Positions 37,245 through 48,699 of a stretch of DNA of 64,000 bases are shown one piece after another. Origin of the DNA: Candidatus Versatilivorator sp. (GTDB taxonomy: Bacteria > Acidobacteriota > Terriglobia > Versatilivoradales > Versatilivoraceae); contig OZ242296.1 in the NCBI GenBank assembly GCA_965207735.1, positions 1,536,001 to 1,600,000 on the forward strand, written 5' to 3'. Under the pieces are notes generated by a model, which was not told the origin of the DNA, did not search any database, and was given only the letters and a program-made list of their open reading frames with translations. The position numbers and the translations under genes are program-made. Numbering within the stretch: the first letter of the stretch is position 1; each line of letters opens with the position of its first letter.

Positions 37245-38807
37245 CTACCCCTTGCTGCCGTAGTCGATCTCCACGCTCATCTGCGCCAGGACCAGGGGTA
37301 CCGCCAGGCGCGGGTTGCGCTTTCTCAAAACCAGCTCCAACCGGTTGAATCCGCTCTTGAGGATGTCGGCCCGGAATGGCAGGTGGAGAAAGTCTCGACT
37401 GCCGAAAAGCGTCGGCTCCTGCCGAACCTCTTCCTTTTCTCTGGAAAGGACCACCCCGTTCAAACGGAACTGCAGGTCGTCGTCATCCATTTGCTGTTCC
37501 AGGCGCATGACCAGCCTGGCCTGGACCGACTTGCCCGCGGCGGTGGCCGCCGGCACGTCATCTCCAACGAAAAACCGGACCCGGGCGGGTCCTCCCACCT
37601 TTTCCTGCTGGATCTTCAGCGGAAGCTGGGCCTTGGGGTGGGACCGCCGCCACAGGGAGGCGACCTGCTCATCGATGAGGTAGCGCTTGTTGCGGTGCTT
37701 CAACAGGCCGGGGTCTCCGATCTCCACCAGTGACTTGCGCCAGAGCTTCGTGTCCCACAGGGGGGCGTACCAATTGAAGAGATAGATCCCATCCACGCCC
37801 TGTTTCCAGTAGTTCAAGGCCGTGGCCCGGGTCTGCTCGGCGGGATGATACAAGCCGATCTGGCCCAGCAGGGTGAGGTTGCGGCCGCGAAAGGCTTCCA
37901 CGTACTCCTGCATGGACAAGTCGGATTCATGGCCGCGGGGCGTTCCCGCCGTCACCACGTCCAGCAGGTCCTCCTTGATCCAGGTGGGGACGTCAAATCC
38001 AAGCTTGAAGGCGAGGTTGAAGGTGAAGGGGACCCTGGCGGCCAACCGGAAGGGTTTGCCTCGACTTTTCGAGGTCCGGTCCACCAGGGCTCGCACCCGG
38101 CGAACCAGTTGGGTAATCAGATGGCGGTTGCGATAGGCTTCCTCGGGCTTGAAAAACGCCGGATGGCGCAGGAAATCCAGCTCGATGCCATCCAGATCGT
38201 AGTCCTGGATGATCTCTTCGATGACCTTGTACTTGTTTTGCCGTACCTGCTCATAGGCGAAATCGAATCCGGTGGCAAAACTGGGATGGACGGCGTCTCC
38301 CAGCAGCAGTTCCGGGTGAGCCTTCTTGTATTGACTGTAGAGATCGACGGCGTTCCAACCCTTGGGACTGTCGTGGGCGTCATTCATCCGCACGGTCACG
38401 AAGAACTGGATGCCGATCTGGCGGCAGCGATCGGCCATGGCCTGAAAGTAGTCCTCCCGCTCCTTGAGAACGCTCTCCAGACCCTTGATGAACCGAAGGC
38501 CCCCGGCACTCTGGAACCGCTTCACATTCTCGCCGTACATCTCGGCAGTCCTGGTCCTGAAGTAGAAGACGTCGGCTTCACCAACGCTCCAGAACAGGGC
38601 ATCCACCTGGGTCCCGATAAAGCGGTCCACCCCTTTCTCCAGCAGCTCCTTGATTCCCGACACCCGTTGCATGGTGTGGCCGTCGTCGTTGTAGACGATG
38701 CGGTAGTTGCAGGGTGGGCGGTTAGCGCGGGAACGAGCGGCGCCCAGCACCGAGGGTCCGGCGGAAAGGGCCACTGCCGAATGGGAAAGAAACTTCCGTC
38801 GATTCAT
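37245..38807 (-). CDS. Tat-exported GHL10/DUF187-like glycoside hydrolase
   Basis: MNRRKFL; YNDDG, RMNDAH, DGIELDFLR, DGIYLFNW. Confidence 0.75.
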   Translation of the reverse strand: MNRRKFLSHSAVALSAGPSVLGAARSRANRPPCNYRIVYNDDGHTMQRVSGIKELLEKGVDRFIGTQVDALFWSVGEADVFYFRTRTAEMYGENVKRFQSAGGLRFIKGLESVLKEREDYFQAMADRCRQIGIQFFVTVRMNDAHDSPKGWNAVDLYSQYKKAHPELLLGDAVHPSFATGFDFAYEQVRQNKYKVIEEIIQDYDLDGIELDFLRHPAFFKPEEAYRNRHLITQLVRRVRALVDRTSKSRGKPFRLAARVPFTFNLAFKLGFDVPTWIKEDLLDVVTAGTPRGHESDLSMQEYVEAFRGRNLTLLGQIGLYHPAEQTRATALNYWKQGVDGIYLFNWYAPLWDTKLWRKSLVEIGDPGLLKHRNKRYLIDEQVASLWRRSHPKAQLPLKIQQEKVGGPARVRFFVGDDVPAATAAGKSVQARLVMRLEQQMDDDDLQFRLNGVVLSREKEEVRQEPTLFGSRDFLHLPFRADILKSGFNRLELVLRKRNPRLAVPLVLAQMSVEIDYGSKG

Positions 38808-38920
38808 TCTCTACTCCAGGTCATTGATTGCTCGCCGGCACCGACTGCCCGGATGGCGCTGCTTCCAGGCCTGGGGCCCGAACGGCCCGAAACCGCGTCG
38901 GCACCACCTGAACCGCACGG

Positions 38921-39709
38921 TCAGCACCCCCGCCTGAGGCCGTCGTCCTCGATGGGCCGAAGGGGTGTGAAATCGCGCTGGTTCTGGAACCAGGGCCGAT
39001 CGGTGCCGGTGCAGGCGTTGCTGACGGCATTGTAAATCAGATACATGATGGCCCGCCGCCAGGGAGAGACGTTGTTGGCCGATCCGTGGACGACGATGCT
39101 GTGGCAGAAGCAGACCGATCCCGCCGGACCGATCAGAGCCTCGATCCCGTTCTCCTCGGCCAGCCGGCGAAAGGTGGCCTCATCGATGTGGTAGAGGGAA
39201 TATCCCTTGGCGTCCCGGTGAAGCTGAATCGAGTCCAGAAACCCGTCCCGATGAGAACCCGGCACCACCAGCAGGGGCGAGTTGACCGGGGTGCAATCGT
39301 CAATGAACACGGCCACCATCAGGCAGCGGGGTTCGGGCATGCCGTCCACCACGTGCCAGGCGCCGAAATCCTGATGCCAGTCCCAGGAGGCCCCTCCCGC
39401 CATTCCCGGCTTGGGGTTGATGCGGCTCTGATGCAGGTAGACCTCTTCCTTCAGCAACTGCTGTGCCGGACCCAGCAACCGCGGCAACTGTGACAGCCGC
39501 CGGAAGGGTTCGGAGTAGAGGTGGGCACCGAAGACCAGCCGGGCGGCCTGGGGGTTGTCCTTTTCGGGGACGACTTCCGGCCCCGGGCGGCTGAGGATAT
39601 CGGGCATCTCCTGCTGCAGCGCGGCAGCCTCCCGGCTGTCCAGCAACCCCGGAAAGAAGAGGTAGCCGCGCCGGTTGAACTCCTCGAGCTGGCTCCGCGT
39701 CAGTTGCAT
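38921..39709 (-). CDS. PhyH-family dioxygenase, ectoine/proline-hydroxylase-like
   Basis: HQSRINPK, WHQDFGAWHVVDGMP, HGSANNVSPW. Confidence 0.88.
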   Translation of the reverse strand: MQLTRSQLEEFNRRGYLFFPGLLDSREAAALQQEMPDILSRPGPEVVPEKDNPQAARLVFGAHLYSEPFRRLSQLPRLLGPAQQLLKEEVYLHQSRINPKPGMAGGASWDWHQDFGAWHVVDGMPEPRCLMVAVFIDDCTPVNSPLLVVPGSHRDGFLDSIQLHRDAKGYSLYHIDEATFRRLAEENGIEALIGPAGSVCFCHSIVVHGSANNVSPWRRAIMYLIYNAVSNACTGTDRPWFQNQRDFTPLRPIEDDGLRRGC

Positions 39710-40821
39710 GATTTCGGTTTGGGAGACCTGGCCTCCGGCCCCTGGGCCGCCTCGGAAACGCCCCCGGCGAAGGTCTGTTCCGCCACCAGAACGGGAGCTT
39801 TCCGGTCGATCGATTGATGGATTGCCAGCGCAACCGCCAGCGAACGGGCGCCGTCGGCTCCATCCACCAGCGGGGACTCCCGCCCCCGCACCACCCGGCA
39901 AAAGTGCTGCAGTTGCAGGACGAGCGGATCCGCCTGGGCCACCTTGCGAAGAGACTGGAGCAGGGGATGTTGCCAGCCGGCCCGGGACGGGTCCCCGTAG
40001 CGCCACAGCTCCAACTGGGGGAAAGCCAGGGCGCCCTCGGAGCCCATGAAATGATAGCAGTTTTGGCTGGCGTGAAAATAGTCGGGGTTCTCTCCGCTGG
40101 AGATTTCGTAGGACCAGGGCGATGGGGTGGCGTCGGAGGCGATGATGGAGCCCAGGGCTCCATTGGCAAAGGAAAGCGTGATGCTCAGGGTGTCCTCGAC
40201 CTCGAGCCCGCGGGCCATGGACGCCGATTGGGCGTACACCTGGCGTATCTCGCCGCAGATGTAGCGCAGAAGGTCCAGTTCGTGAATGAGATTGATCAGG
40301 ATGGGACCGCCCTGCTGACGCCGGCGGCGCCAATCCACCTGGAAATACTCCGCCGGCTTCAGCAGCGCCCACATCATCGAGGCTGCAATCAGCCTCCCCA
40401 ACTCGCCGCCTTGAACCTGGGAGCGCGCTTCCCGAATCAACGGATTGTGACGCCGGTGGTGGCCCACCAGGACCCGGCAGCCGGCTGCAGCGGCCACCTC
40501 CACGATCCTCCGGGCGGCGGGCAGGGTGTCGGCAATGGGCTTCTCGATCAACAGGTCGACGCCCTTCCCGGCGCAGACCTCGGCCACGGCCAGGTGGGTT
40601 CCGTTGGGCGTGGCCACAATGGCCCCCTCGGGCTGCTGCTCCCCCAGCAACTCGGAAAGGTCCCGGTAGAAGGGAACCGCGAGTCGTTCGGCCACCCGCC
40701 GGCGAGTGGAATCCGCATCGCAGATCCCGACCAGGGAGCACCCCGCCTGCCCGCGGACCAGCCGAGCGTGTTTGCTGCCGATCAGTCCGGCTCCCACCAC
40801 TGCCAACTTCACTGGTTTCAT
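39700..40821 (-). CDS. Gfo/Idh/MocA family oxidoreductase
   Basis: GAGLIG, IEKPIA, GHHRR, INLIHELD. Confidence 0.93.
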   Translation of the reverse strand: MKPVKLAVVGAGLIGSKHARLVRGQAGCSLVGICDADSTRRRVAERLAVPFYRDLSELLGEQQPEGAIVATPNGTHLAVAEVCAGKGVDLLIEKPIADTLPAARRIVEVAAAAGCRVLVGHHRRHNPLIREARSQVQGGELGRLIAASMMWALLKPAEYFQVDWRRRRQQGGPILINLIHELDLLRYICGEIRQVYAQSASMARGLEVEDTLSITLSFANGALGSIIASDATPSPWSYEISSGENPDYFHASQNCYHFMGSEGALAFPQLELWRYGDPSRAGWQHPLLQSLRKVAQADPLVLQLQHFCRVVRGRESPLVDGADGARSLAVALAIHQSIDRKAPVLVAEQTFAGGVSEAAQGPEARSPKPKSCN

Positions 40822-40891
40822 ATTCGGTTGCTCAGACTTCGCGGTGATCCCGGGTGCTGTCCCATTTCGGCACGACCGGCCCGTTTCGGCT

Positions 40892-41632
40892 TCAGGCGGG
40901 ATTCAGGAAGTCGTGCACCACCTCTCCGTACCCCTCGGTGTAGTCCTGCTCCACGTAAAAGGCGCCGTAGTACTCCCGCGGCGTGAAGTCGGCCAGGTTG
41001 TAAATGGGCGAGGGGTCGCACTGGATCACCCCGTCCCCGGCCCTGCAGATGTGCACGTCGACATCGGAGGTGACGTTGGCGCCGTCGATCAACTGAAGCA
41101 CGTCGGCGCCGCGGCCGTCCACCCGGGGAATCGCCTTGAGGCGCCAGGAGGGCGTGAGGTTGGGCAGCTCGTCCACTTCGGCGCTCCGATGGAAGGTGGA
41201 ACGAATGGCCAGCACCGAGGCCCCCGCCAGGCGCGTATCGGTATAAGCCACCCGTTCATCCATGCCGCAATCGAACTCCGCGAACACCTTGGGAGTGCCG
41301 TAGATCTCGCGTCCTGCCGGGATGCTGGACCGGGAATTCAGAAAGGCCACCGGGGCAAAATACCCGGTTTCTCCCTTGAAGGTGCACTTGACCGTCAACA
41401 CGCTCTCGTCGAAGGCCCCGTAACTGGAAGCCCAGGGGATGGAGATTCCGATGGCCACGCAGTAGCCGTCCTCGGCCGGCTCCAGGCAGGCAGGGAGCAC
41501 GCGGTCCACGGCGGCCGTATCTGCCCGGAAGAATACGAACTGAAAGCGCGCATTGCGGTAGCGCACCGGCGGAGGAGGATAGTAGGGAGAAAACGCCGGC
41601 ATGCTGGTAATTTGATCCATGGGAATGGTCAT
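40892..41632 (-). CDS. Acetoacetate decarboxylase family protein
   Basis: AGREIYGTPK with Schiff-base Lys. Confidence 0.88.
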   Translation of the reverse strand: MTIPMDQITSMPAFSPYYPPPPVRYRNARFQFVFFRADTAAVDRVLPACLEPAEDGYCVAIGISIPWASSYGAFDESVLTVKCTFKGETGYFAPVAFLNSRSSIPAGREIYGTPKVFAEFDCGMDERVAYTDTRLAGASVLAIRSTFHRSAEVDELPNLTPSWRLKAIPRVDGRGADVLQLIDGANVTSDVDVHICRAGDGVIQCDPSPIYNLADFTPREYYGAFYVEQDYTEGYGEVVHDFLNPA

Positions 41633-41861
41633 GGCTGGCTCCTGGAGCAGGAAGTCGTTTCAGGGCATGATTTTGCCGGAACTTCGACGGCCGGATCTTA
41701 TCCCATCCGCCGGAACCGGCGCAAACGCGGGTGAGGGCGAGCTTCAGATGAACAAGCGGGGAAAAAAGAGTTATCCACGAAGGGACACGAAGGGGTTGGA
41801 GGAGTCTCAAGAGGGATCCGCCAAGGGTCGGAAAGGGCGAGTCCCCTACTCTTCCTGGATG

Positions 41862-42184
41862 ATTGCTGTCGCCGCCTACGCGGCTCGGGGGCTTTTGACA
41901 CCCTGCTCCATGGGCTTACGCCCACGGCTACCTGCTGCCGCCGCCTTCGCGGCTCGACTCGAATCCCCGGGCTGGCGCCCGGGGAAGTTTTTCTGGAAAT
42001 CCTGCCCCCCGGCAGTGTCGTAGTCTAAGGGAGAGCTGCGAAGCTGCAGTGGACGTTGGTCACTTGACACAACGCCTGTTACAGGCCTTCCTTATAGAGC
42101 AGCGAAGCTGCGGTCTCGTGTAGCCCCGGGCGGAAGCCCGGGGTCGTCTGAATCCAGCGCTAACGCAGCCGCGTAGGCGGCGAT
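41862..42184. repeat. REP-like family A cluster
   Basis: GCCGCCTACGCGGC, CCATGGGCTTACGCCCACGGCTAC, CCCCGGGCTGGCGCCCGGGG. Confidence 0.85.
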
Positions 42185-42513
42185 TTAGTAGCGCCCTCCC
42201 GGAACCCTCGGCGTTTCCAGAACGGCGCCCTCTTCGCAACGCTGACCTCGGCTTCCGGGACGCCGCGTTGGCCCCCCTCCGGATCGACCGCGGGCTTCGC
42301 CCTGGTCTCTCCGACTCCCCCTCAAGGGGGGAGTGATTCTTGAGGCTCGCACGGGACTTCTTGCCCGATTCCTTGGCGGGATGTAAGTCATGTTTGCGGT
42401 TTATTGTGTAAAGGATTTTCCCGCTTTGTAAAGCTTCTGCGACTCCCTTCAAGAGGGAGTGATTGGACCCTAGACCTAGCCTGAGGTTTCATGGGGCCAA
42501 CCCCCTGGGATAG

Positions 42514-43854
<1,341 letters not shown>

Positions 43855-43977
43855 TACCTGCAAAATATGTGTCCGATGCCTGCGGCAGAGGGTGCGCCAT
43901 CAGACCTGCCGGTAGCCCTCAAGCGCTCGAACGACGCCGCCAAGGCTTCGCTGCCCGTACTGCTGATAGTTACTCAC

Positions 43978-44420
43978 GGGACGCCGCGTTTGCCCCCCTC
44001 CGGATCGACTGCGGGCGGAGCCTTTTGGTAGTCACTCTCGGGGCGCCGAGCTTGCCCCCCTCCGGCTCGACTGCGGGCTCCGCCCTCTCGCCGACTCCCC
44101 CTCAAGGGGGGAGTGATACTTGAAGCCTGTAGAGGGCTTATTGCCTGATTGCTGGGCAGGATGTAAACCATGTTCCCGGTCTACCGCATAAACTCCGTCC
44201 CCTCTTCATAACACGGTATCACTCCCCCCTTGAGGGGGAGTCGCAGAAGCCGAGCCGGATGGCGAAGGCTGATGCGGAGGGGGGCCAACGCGGCGCCTCC
44301 GAACGGCAGCGCCGAATGGCGAAGGCTTGTGCGCCGTGGCGGTAACCGCCGGCGTGCGTCGGTTGCGGAGGGGGAGTCGCAGAAGCCGAGCCGAATGGCG
44401 AAGGCTGATGCGGTGGGGGG
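43978..44420. repeat. Family C palindromic repeat cluster
   Basis: ACTCCCCCTCAAGGGGGGAGT-type hairpins at 44094 and 44221 (also 42314), plus repeated GGGGGAGTCGCAGAAGCCGAGCC...GGCGAAGGCTGATGCG units. Confidence 0.8.
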
Positions 44421-44436
44421 CGAACTTCTCCGAACC

Positions 44437-45600
44437 TCACTCCCGCTCTGCCCGCCGCCGTCCGATCACTCCCTCTCCTCGCAGCCGGTCCAGCTCCGTC
44501 TCGCTGAAGCCCCAGTCCTTCAAGGCATCCCGGGTGTGCTCGCCGGGCTTGGCCGGGGGGCGCTGGATCCGGCTGGGGGTGCGGCTGAATCGCGGCGCCG
44601 GGGCCGGCTGCACCACGCCCTCCACCTCCACGAAGGTCTGCCTCTCCCGGTTGTGGGGATGCTCCGGAGCTTCGCCCATGTCGAGGACCGGGGCGAAGCA
44701 GACGTCGCTTCCCTCCAGACGGCGGCGCCACTCTTCCCGGGTGCGGGTGCGAAAGATTTCGGCCAGGCGCTTCGACATCCGCGGCCACCGGGATCGATCC
44801 TCCAGCCTGTGCAGATCTTCTTCCTCGGCTCCGATCCGTCTCAGCAGTTCGGCCCAGAACTTGGGCTCCACCGGGCCGATGGCGATATGCTTCCCATCCT
44901 TGGTTTGGTAAGCCCGGTAGTTGGGGGCGCCGCCGTCCAGGGTATTTGCGGCTCTGCGATCGGTCCACTGCCCGGCTGCCCGCAGGCCGTAGACAAAAGT
45001 CATCTGGGAGGCCGCGCCGTCGACCATGGCCGCGTCGATCACCTGCCCTTTGCCCGACGTCCCGGCCGCCAGCATCCCGGCCACCAGGCCCAGGGCCAAG
45101 TAGACCCCGCCTCCACCGAAATCCCCTACCAGGTTGAGAGGCGGAACCGGTGGCCCCTCCCCGTCTCCGATCCCGTGCAGAGCCCCGGTCAAGGCAATGT
45201 AGTCGATGTCGTGGCCGGCGGCCCTCGCCAGGGGACCGTCCTGCCCCCATCCGGTCACCCGCCCGTAGACCAGCCGGGGATTGCGGGCCAGGCAGACCTC
45301 GGGTCCCAAGTCCAAACGCTCCATCACCCCGGGCCGGAATCCCTCGATCAGGGCGTGGCTGCGAGCGATGAGCTTGAGCGCCGCCTCCCGGCCCTCCCGA
45401 TGTTTCAGGTCGATGGCCGCCGATCGCCTGCCCCGGCACAGCAGGTCGTAGCGGTGCTCCGTAAGTATCCCCAGGTGGGACTCCTCAATGCGGTCGATGC
45501 GCAGCACCTCGGCTCCCATGTCCGACAGCAGCATGGCCGCCATGGGCGCCGGTCCGATGCCCGCGAATTCCACGATCCTGTAGCCCGACAAGACTCCCAT
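44437..45600 (-). CDS. CaiB/BaiF CoA-transferase III (alpha-methylacyl-CoA racemase-like)
   Basis: FAGIGPAP, EGFRPGVMERL, AGHDIDY, NLVGDFGGG. Confidence 0.93.
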   Translation of the reverse strand: MGVLSGYRIVEFAGIGPAPMAAMLLSDMGAEVLRIDRIEESHLGILTEHRYDLLCRGRRSAAIDLKHREGREAALKLIARSHALIEGFRPGVMERLDLGPEVCLARNPRLVYGRVTGWGQDGPLARAAGHDIDYIALTGALHGIGDGEGPPVPPLNLVGDFGGGGVYLALGLVAGMLAAGTSGKGQVIDAAMVDGAASQMTFVYGLRAAGQWTDRRAANTLDGGAPNYRAYQTKDGKHIAIGPVEPKFWAELLRRIGAEEEDLHRLEDRSRWPRMSKRLAEIFRTRTREEWRRRLEGSDVCFAPVLDMGEAPEHPHNRERQTFVEVEGVVQPAPAPRFSRTPSRIQRPPAKPGEHTRDALKDWGFSETELDRLRGEGVIGRRRAERE

Positions 45601-45808
45601 GAGCCTGCCCTCGTCTTTCTCCGGTCCCGGCAAATACCGGTTACGTGACCAGCACGTTGCCTATTGGGAACGGAGCACCGTGTTGTCGCCGCCTACGCGG
45701 CTCAACTCTAACGCCAAGCTTTCCATGGGCTTACGCCCACGGCTACCTGCTATCGCCGCATTCGCGGCTTTCTGGAATCCCCGGGCTGGCGCCCGCGAAA
45801 TGATCATT

Positions 45809-46147
45809 GAGCATTCTGCAAAATGTGGAGTCGGGGATGATGTTGGGGTGGCAAAGGTAGTGATCTGCCGGCTCCGGACGGATCTGCACCTGGCGGGCCA
45901 TGGATTTCCCCCGGGAGCGCGGGCGTCCCGCCCGCATTCTTGTAAAGGCGCTTCCCCGGCTCCAAAGGGCGGGTGAACCGGCCAACCCTGGGACGCGAAT
46001 AGGGGACGTTGTTGAATTACTGGAATAACTACGATCAGACGCTCCTGAATTGCTCTGATTCAATAACGTCTCCTAAGCGCTCTTTGGCGTTATTCCGGTA
46101 ATGCAACAACGTCCCCGGCGCTGCACGACGAATATTGCAAAAGGCTC
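45809..46147. mobile_element. Composite MITE with IS-derived ends, REP B and nested 115-bp element
   Basis: GAGCATTCTGCAAAAT ... ATATTGCAAAAGGCTC ends. Confidence 0.65.
46002..46116. mobile_element. 115-bp element with 28-bp TIRs (copy 2)
   Basis: Homologous to 26501-26616. Confidence 0.85.
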
Positions 46148-46367
46148 GTAATGTTCTGCCTTTTTCAATATCGGCTGCGACCTGGTGAGAAATGCGAGTT
46201 CCCCACAAAAAGCACAAGAGTCACAAAACGATTTTTCTAATATCGTTCCGCTCTTTTCGTGTTTTTGTGCCTTTTGTGGAGCTTTCCATGGGCTTACGCC
46301 CACGGCTACCTGCTGCCGCCGCTTCGCGGCTTAGTGGAAGCCCGGGCTGGCGCCCGGGGATGTCCTT

Positions 46368-48593
46368 CTACTGGGGCAACGGCCGCCAGCGGATGGCCTG
46401 CATCCGGGCCGGGAGGTCCTTCCCTTTGCGCTCTCCCACGATGGTCAGGATCATGCCCGGTTTTCCGTCGGCCAACTCGGGTGGAAGAACACAACTGGCG
46501 GAGTACCCGGGTTTGCTCACATGGTCGTTGATGTACCACATGCCCTTCAGCGTCTGTCCCTCGGTTGGGAAACTGCGTTGCCGGCTTTCCTCGAAGGTGA
46601 ATACTCCGCCGTCGGCGTTCTCCAGGGCGGTCAACACCTCCTCCCAGTTGGGAGCCGCCACGGTGTTCAGATAGTACAGTTCCTCTTCCCAGGTATTACC
46701 GCCGTCCCGGCTGACCTTGGCCCGCTCGCCTCCGTGCAGCGCCGGCAGTCGGTGAACGTACATCAGGACGATGCGGCCGTCGGGGAGCTGGACGGCCGAC
46801 CCGTGCATCTCGTCCAGCAGGTGGGTCACCGCCCGGGGGTTCTTCCAGGTGATGCCGCCGTCGTCGGAGTCGGCCATCAGCAGGTTCTTTTCGTAGGAAG
46901 ACAGGCGGTTGCGATGGTGATCGTAGTAGCTGGTGGCCCACTGCCACAGCCGCCAGGAGGACTCGTTTCTGTAAAACTTCTCCCACTCGCCCGGGGCTCG
47001 GGAGGGATTGTGGCGGGCCACCGCCAGCAGGCGCCCCGATTCGAGCTGAATGAGAGCGGGTTCTCCTCCCGGAACTATTGGGTAGCCCTCCGACCAGGTG
47101 TGGCCGCCGTCCTCGGACCGATAGGCGTAGACCGTGTGGGGGACTCCCGGGCGGGGATGGCCGATGGGCCAGACCAGAGTCCCGTCTTTCAGTTGGGTGA
47201 CCGGGCCTCCCTGAGACCCGGTCACGGGGATGAATCCCAGGGCCGTCCATGTGCTCCCCTCGTCGTCGGAGCGGTACACCCTCAGTCCGCCCGGCTCCCG
47301 GGTAGCGTTGAGAAAGGCGCCGTCGGGAAGCACCGACAGCAACGTCTTGCTGGCGTGGATGATTTCCCAACTGCGCCCCCCGTCCCGGGTGACGGCCACC
47401 ACCCCGGCCTTGAGCCCGGCATAGATGGCCCCCTGCCGGGTGACCGTCAGGTTGGCTTGAGGATCGGCAAAGAAATCCTCTTTGTCCCCCCAGGGAATCC
47501 ACACCCTCTCCGCCGGAAGCTGGTGAACTCGCCCCCGGCGGGAATAGGTCACGGCCTGAAGATCCCGGTGCATGACCGGATGAACCACGAAGAGATAATC
47601 CTCCAGCCCGATGGGGGCGCCCGAGCGGGAGCGGACTCGTGCCTTGAATTCCCCCACCCGCTCAAAGCGGTAGCTCAGCTTCCGTTCCCCATACCCGGCC
47701 GGCACCGGCTCCTGCAGGCGCTTTTCCAGGACTCTCTTCCCTTCCAAGGTCTCGACATTCAGCCTGACTTCCCCGCTCCAGGTGGACCCGCTGCTGTTGT
47801 AGCTGGCCAGAACCAGTTCCAGGGGCTCGTCCACCAAATGGACCATGGGCGGCCTGCGGCGTCCCGCCAACACGGCTTCCACCGGATAGCGCGTCCCGAA
47901 GGCGGAAGCCCGCGGTCCCTCCTCGAGCTGAACGGCGTCCACCCAGGCCCTGCCCGGACCCTCACCGCCAACCACCAGGTCGACCACTCCCTGCGACACC
48001 AGGTGCTCCACCACGAAGGTGAACCGGTACCGTTTCCACTCCCCGGACACCTCCATGGCTTCACTCTGGGCATCGGGGCCGGAAAAGGCCAGATATTGAC
48101 CGGCGGATGCCGCCGGGTCCGCTTCCCTCCAATCCAGCGGTCGGGTCCAGAAGCACAGCCTCACCCAGGCGTCTGGAACCTCGCTCCGCACATAAGCCGA
48201 GAGCGTGTAGACCTGGCCGCCCCGGACCGGCACCACCGGCGAGGTCAAATGTCCCGCGAAATCCTCTCCGGCCGGGTCCAGAGTAACCTGTGCCGCGTGG
48301 TCGCCCTCCACCGCCTCGGCAGCAACTCTTCGGGGCGGCCAGTTGCCGGGCTGCTGGTGGCTGGCGGCCAGGTTGATGGTGAGGGGATTGAGGATGTCTC
48401 CCCAGTTGCCGGGCTGGCGAGGTTCCTCGCCCAAGGGCAGCTCGAAGCTGGCGTTGGGCAGCAGGTTCCCTGCCTGAACGGGCCCTTGCCCCGAATCGGA
48501 GGCGCCGTCCGGGACCGAAATACGGCAGGCCAGCGAACCGGCCAGCAGGCCGCTCAGCCCCACCACTGCAATCATTGGTCGAATCCAGTGCAT
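46368..48593 (-). CDS. Exported sialidase-like (BNR/Asp-box) protein with N-terminal carbohydrate-binding-like module
   Basis: NLLPNASFE...WVDAVQLEEG module; Asp boxes TRDGGRSW, SDDEGSTW, SEDGGHTW, SDDGGITW, SRDGGNTW. Confidence 0.8.
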   Translation of the reverse strand: MHWIRPMIAVVGLSGLLAGSLACRISVPDGASDSGQGPVQAGNLLPNASFELPLGEEPRQPGNWGDILNPLTINLAASHQQPGNWPPRRVAAEAVEGDHAAQVTLDPAGEDFAGHLTSPVVPVRGGQVYTLSAYVRSEVPDAWVRLCFWTRPLDWREADPAASAGQYLAFSGPDAQSEAMEVSGEWKRYRFTFVVEHLVSQGVVDLVVGGEGPGRAWVDAVQLEEGPRASAFGTRYPVEAVLAGRRRPPMVHLVDEPLELVLASYNSSGSTWSGEVRLNVETLEGKRVLEKRLQEPVPAGYGERKLSYRFERVGEFKARVRSRSGAPIGLEDYLFVVHPVMHRDLQAVTYSRRGRVHQLPAERVWIPWGDKEDFFADPQANLTVTRQGAIYAGLKAGVVAVTRDGGRSWEIIHASKTLLSVLPDGAFLNATREPGGLRVYRSDDEGSTWTALGFIPVTGSQGGPVTQLKDGTLVWPIGHPRPGVPHTVYAYRSEDGGHTWSEGYPIVPGGEPALIQLESGRLLAVARHNPSRAPGEWEKFYRNESSWRLWQWATSYYDHHRNRLSSYEKNLLMADSDDGGITWKNPRAVTHLLDEMHGSAVQLPDGRIVLMYVHRLPALHGGERAKVSRDGGNTWEEELYYLNTVAAPNWEEVLTALENADGGVFTFEESRQRSFPTEGQTLKGMWYINDHVSKPGYSASCVLPPELADGKPGMILTIVGERKGKDLPARMQAIRWRPLPQ

Positions 48594-48699
48594 TCCGGAT
48601 CTCCTCGTTCCGCCCGCTCCGCGGGCAACATTCAATTCAGCAGTCCCACGACCTGGACAACTCCAAACGGGGGCCGGCACAACGCACCCCTCCCCGGAT

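Noticed and set aside
39710-40741. Long N-terminal extension of the 606-aa ORF 38921-40741
   Set aside because: It overlaps the oxidoreductase out of frame; the PhyH domain starts at 39709
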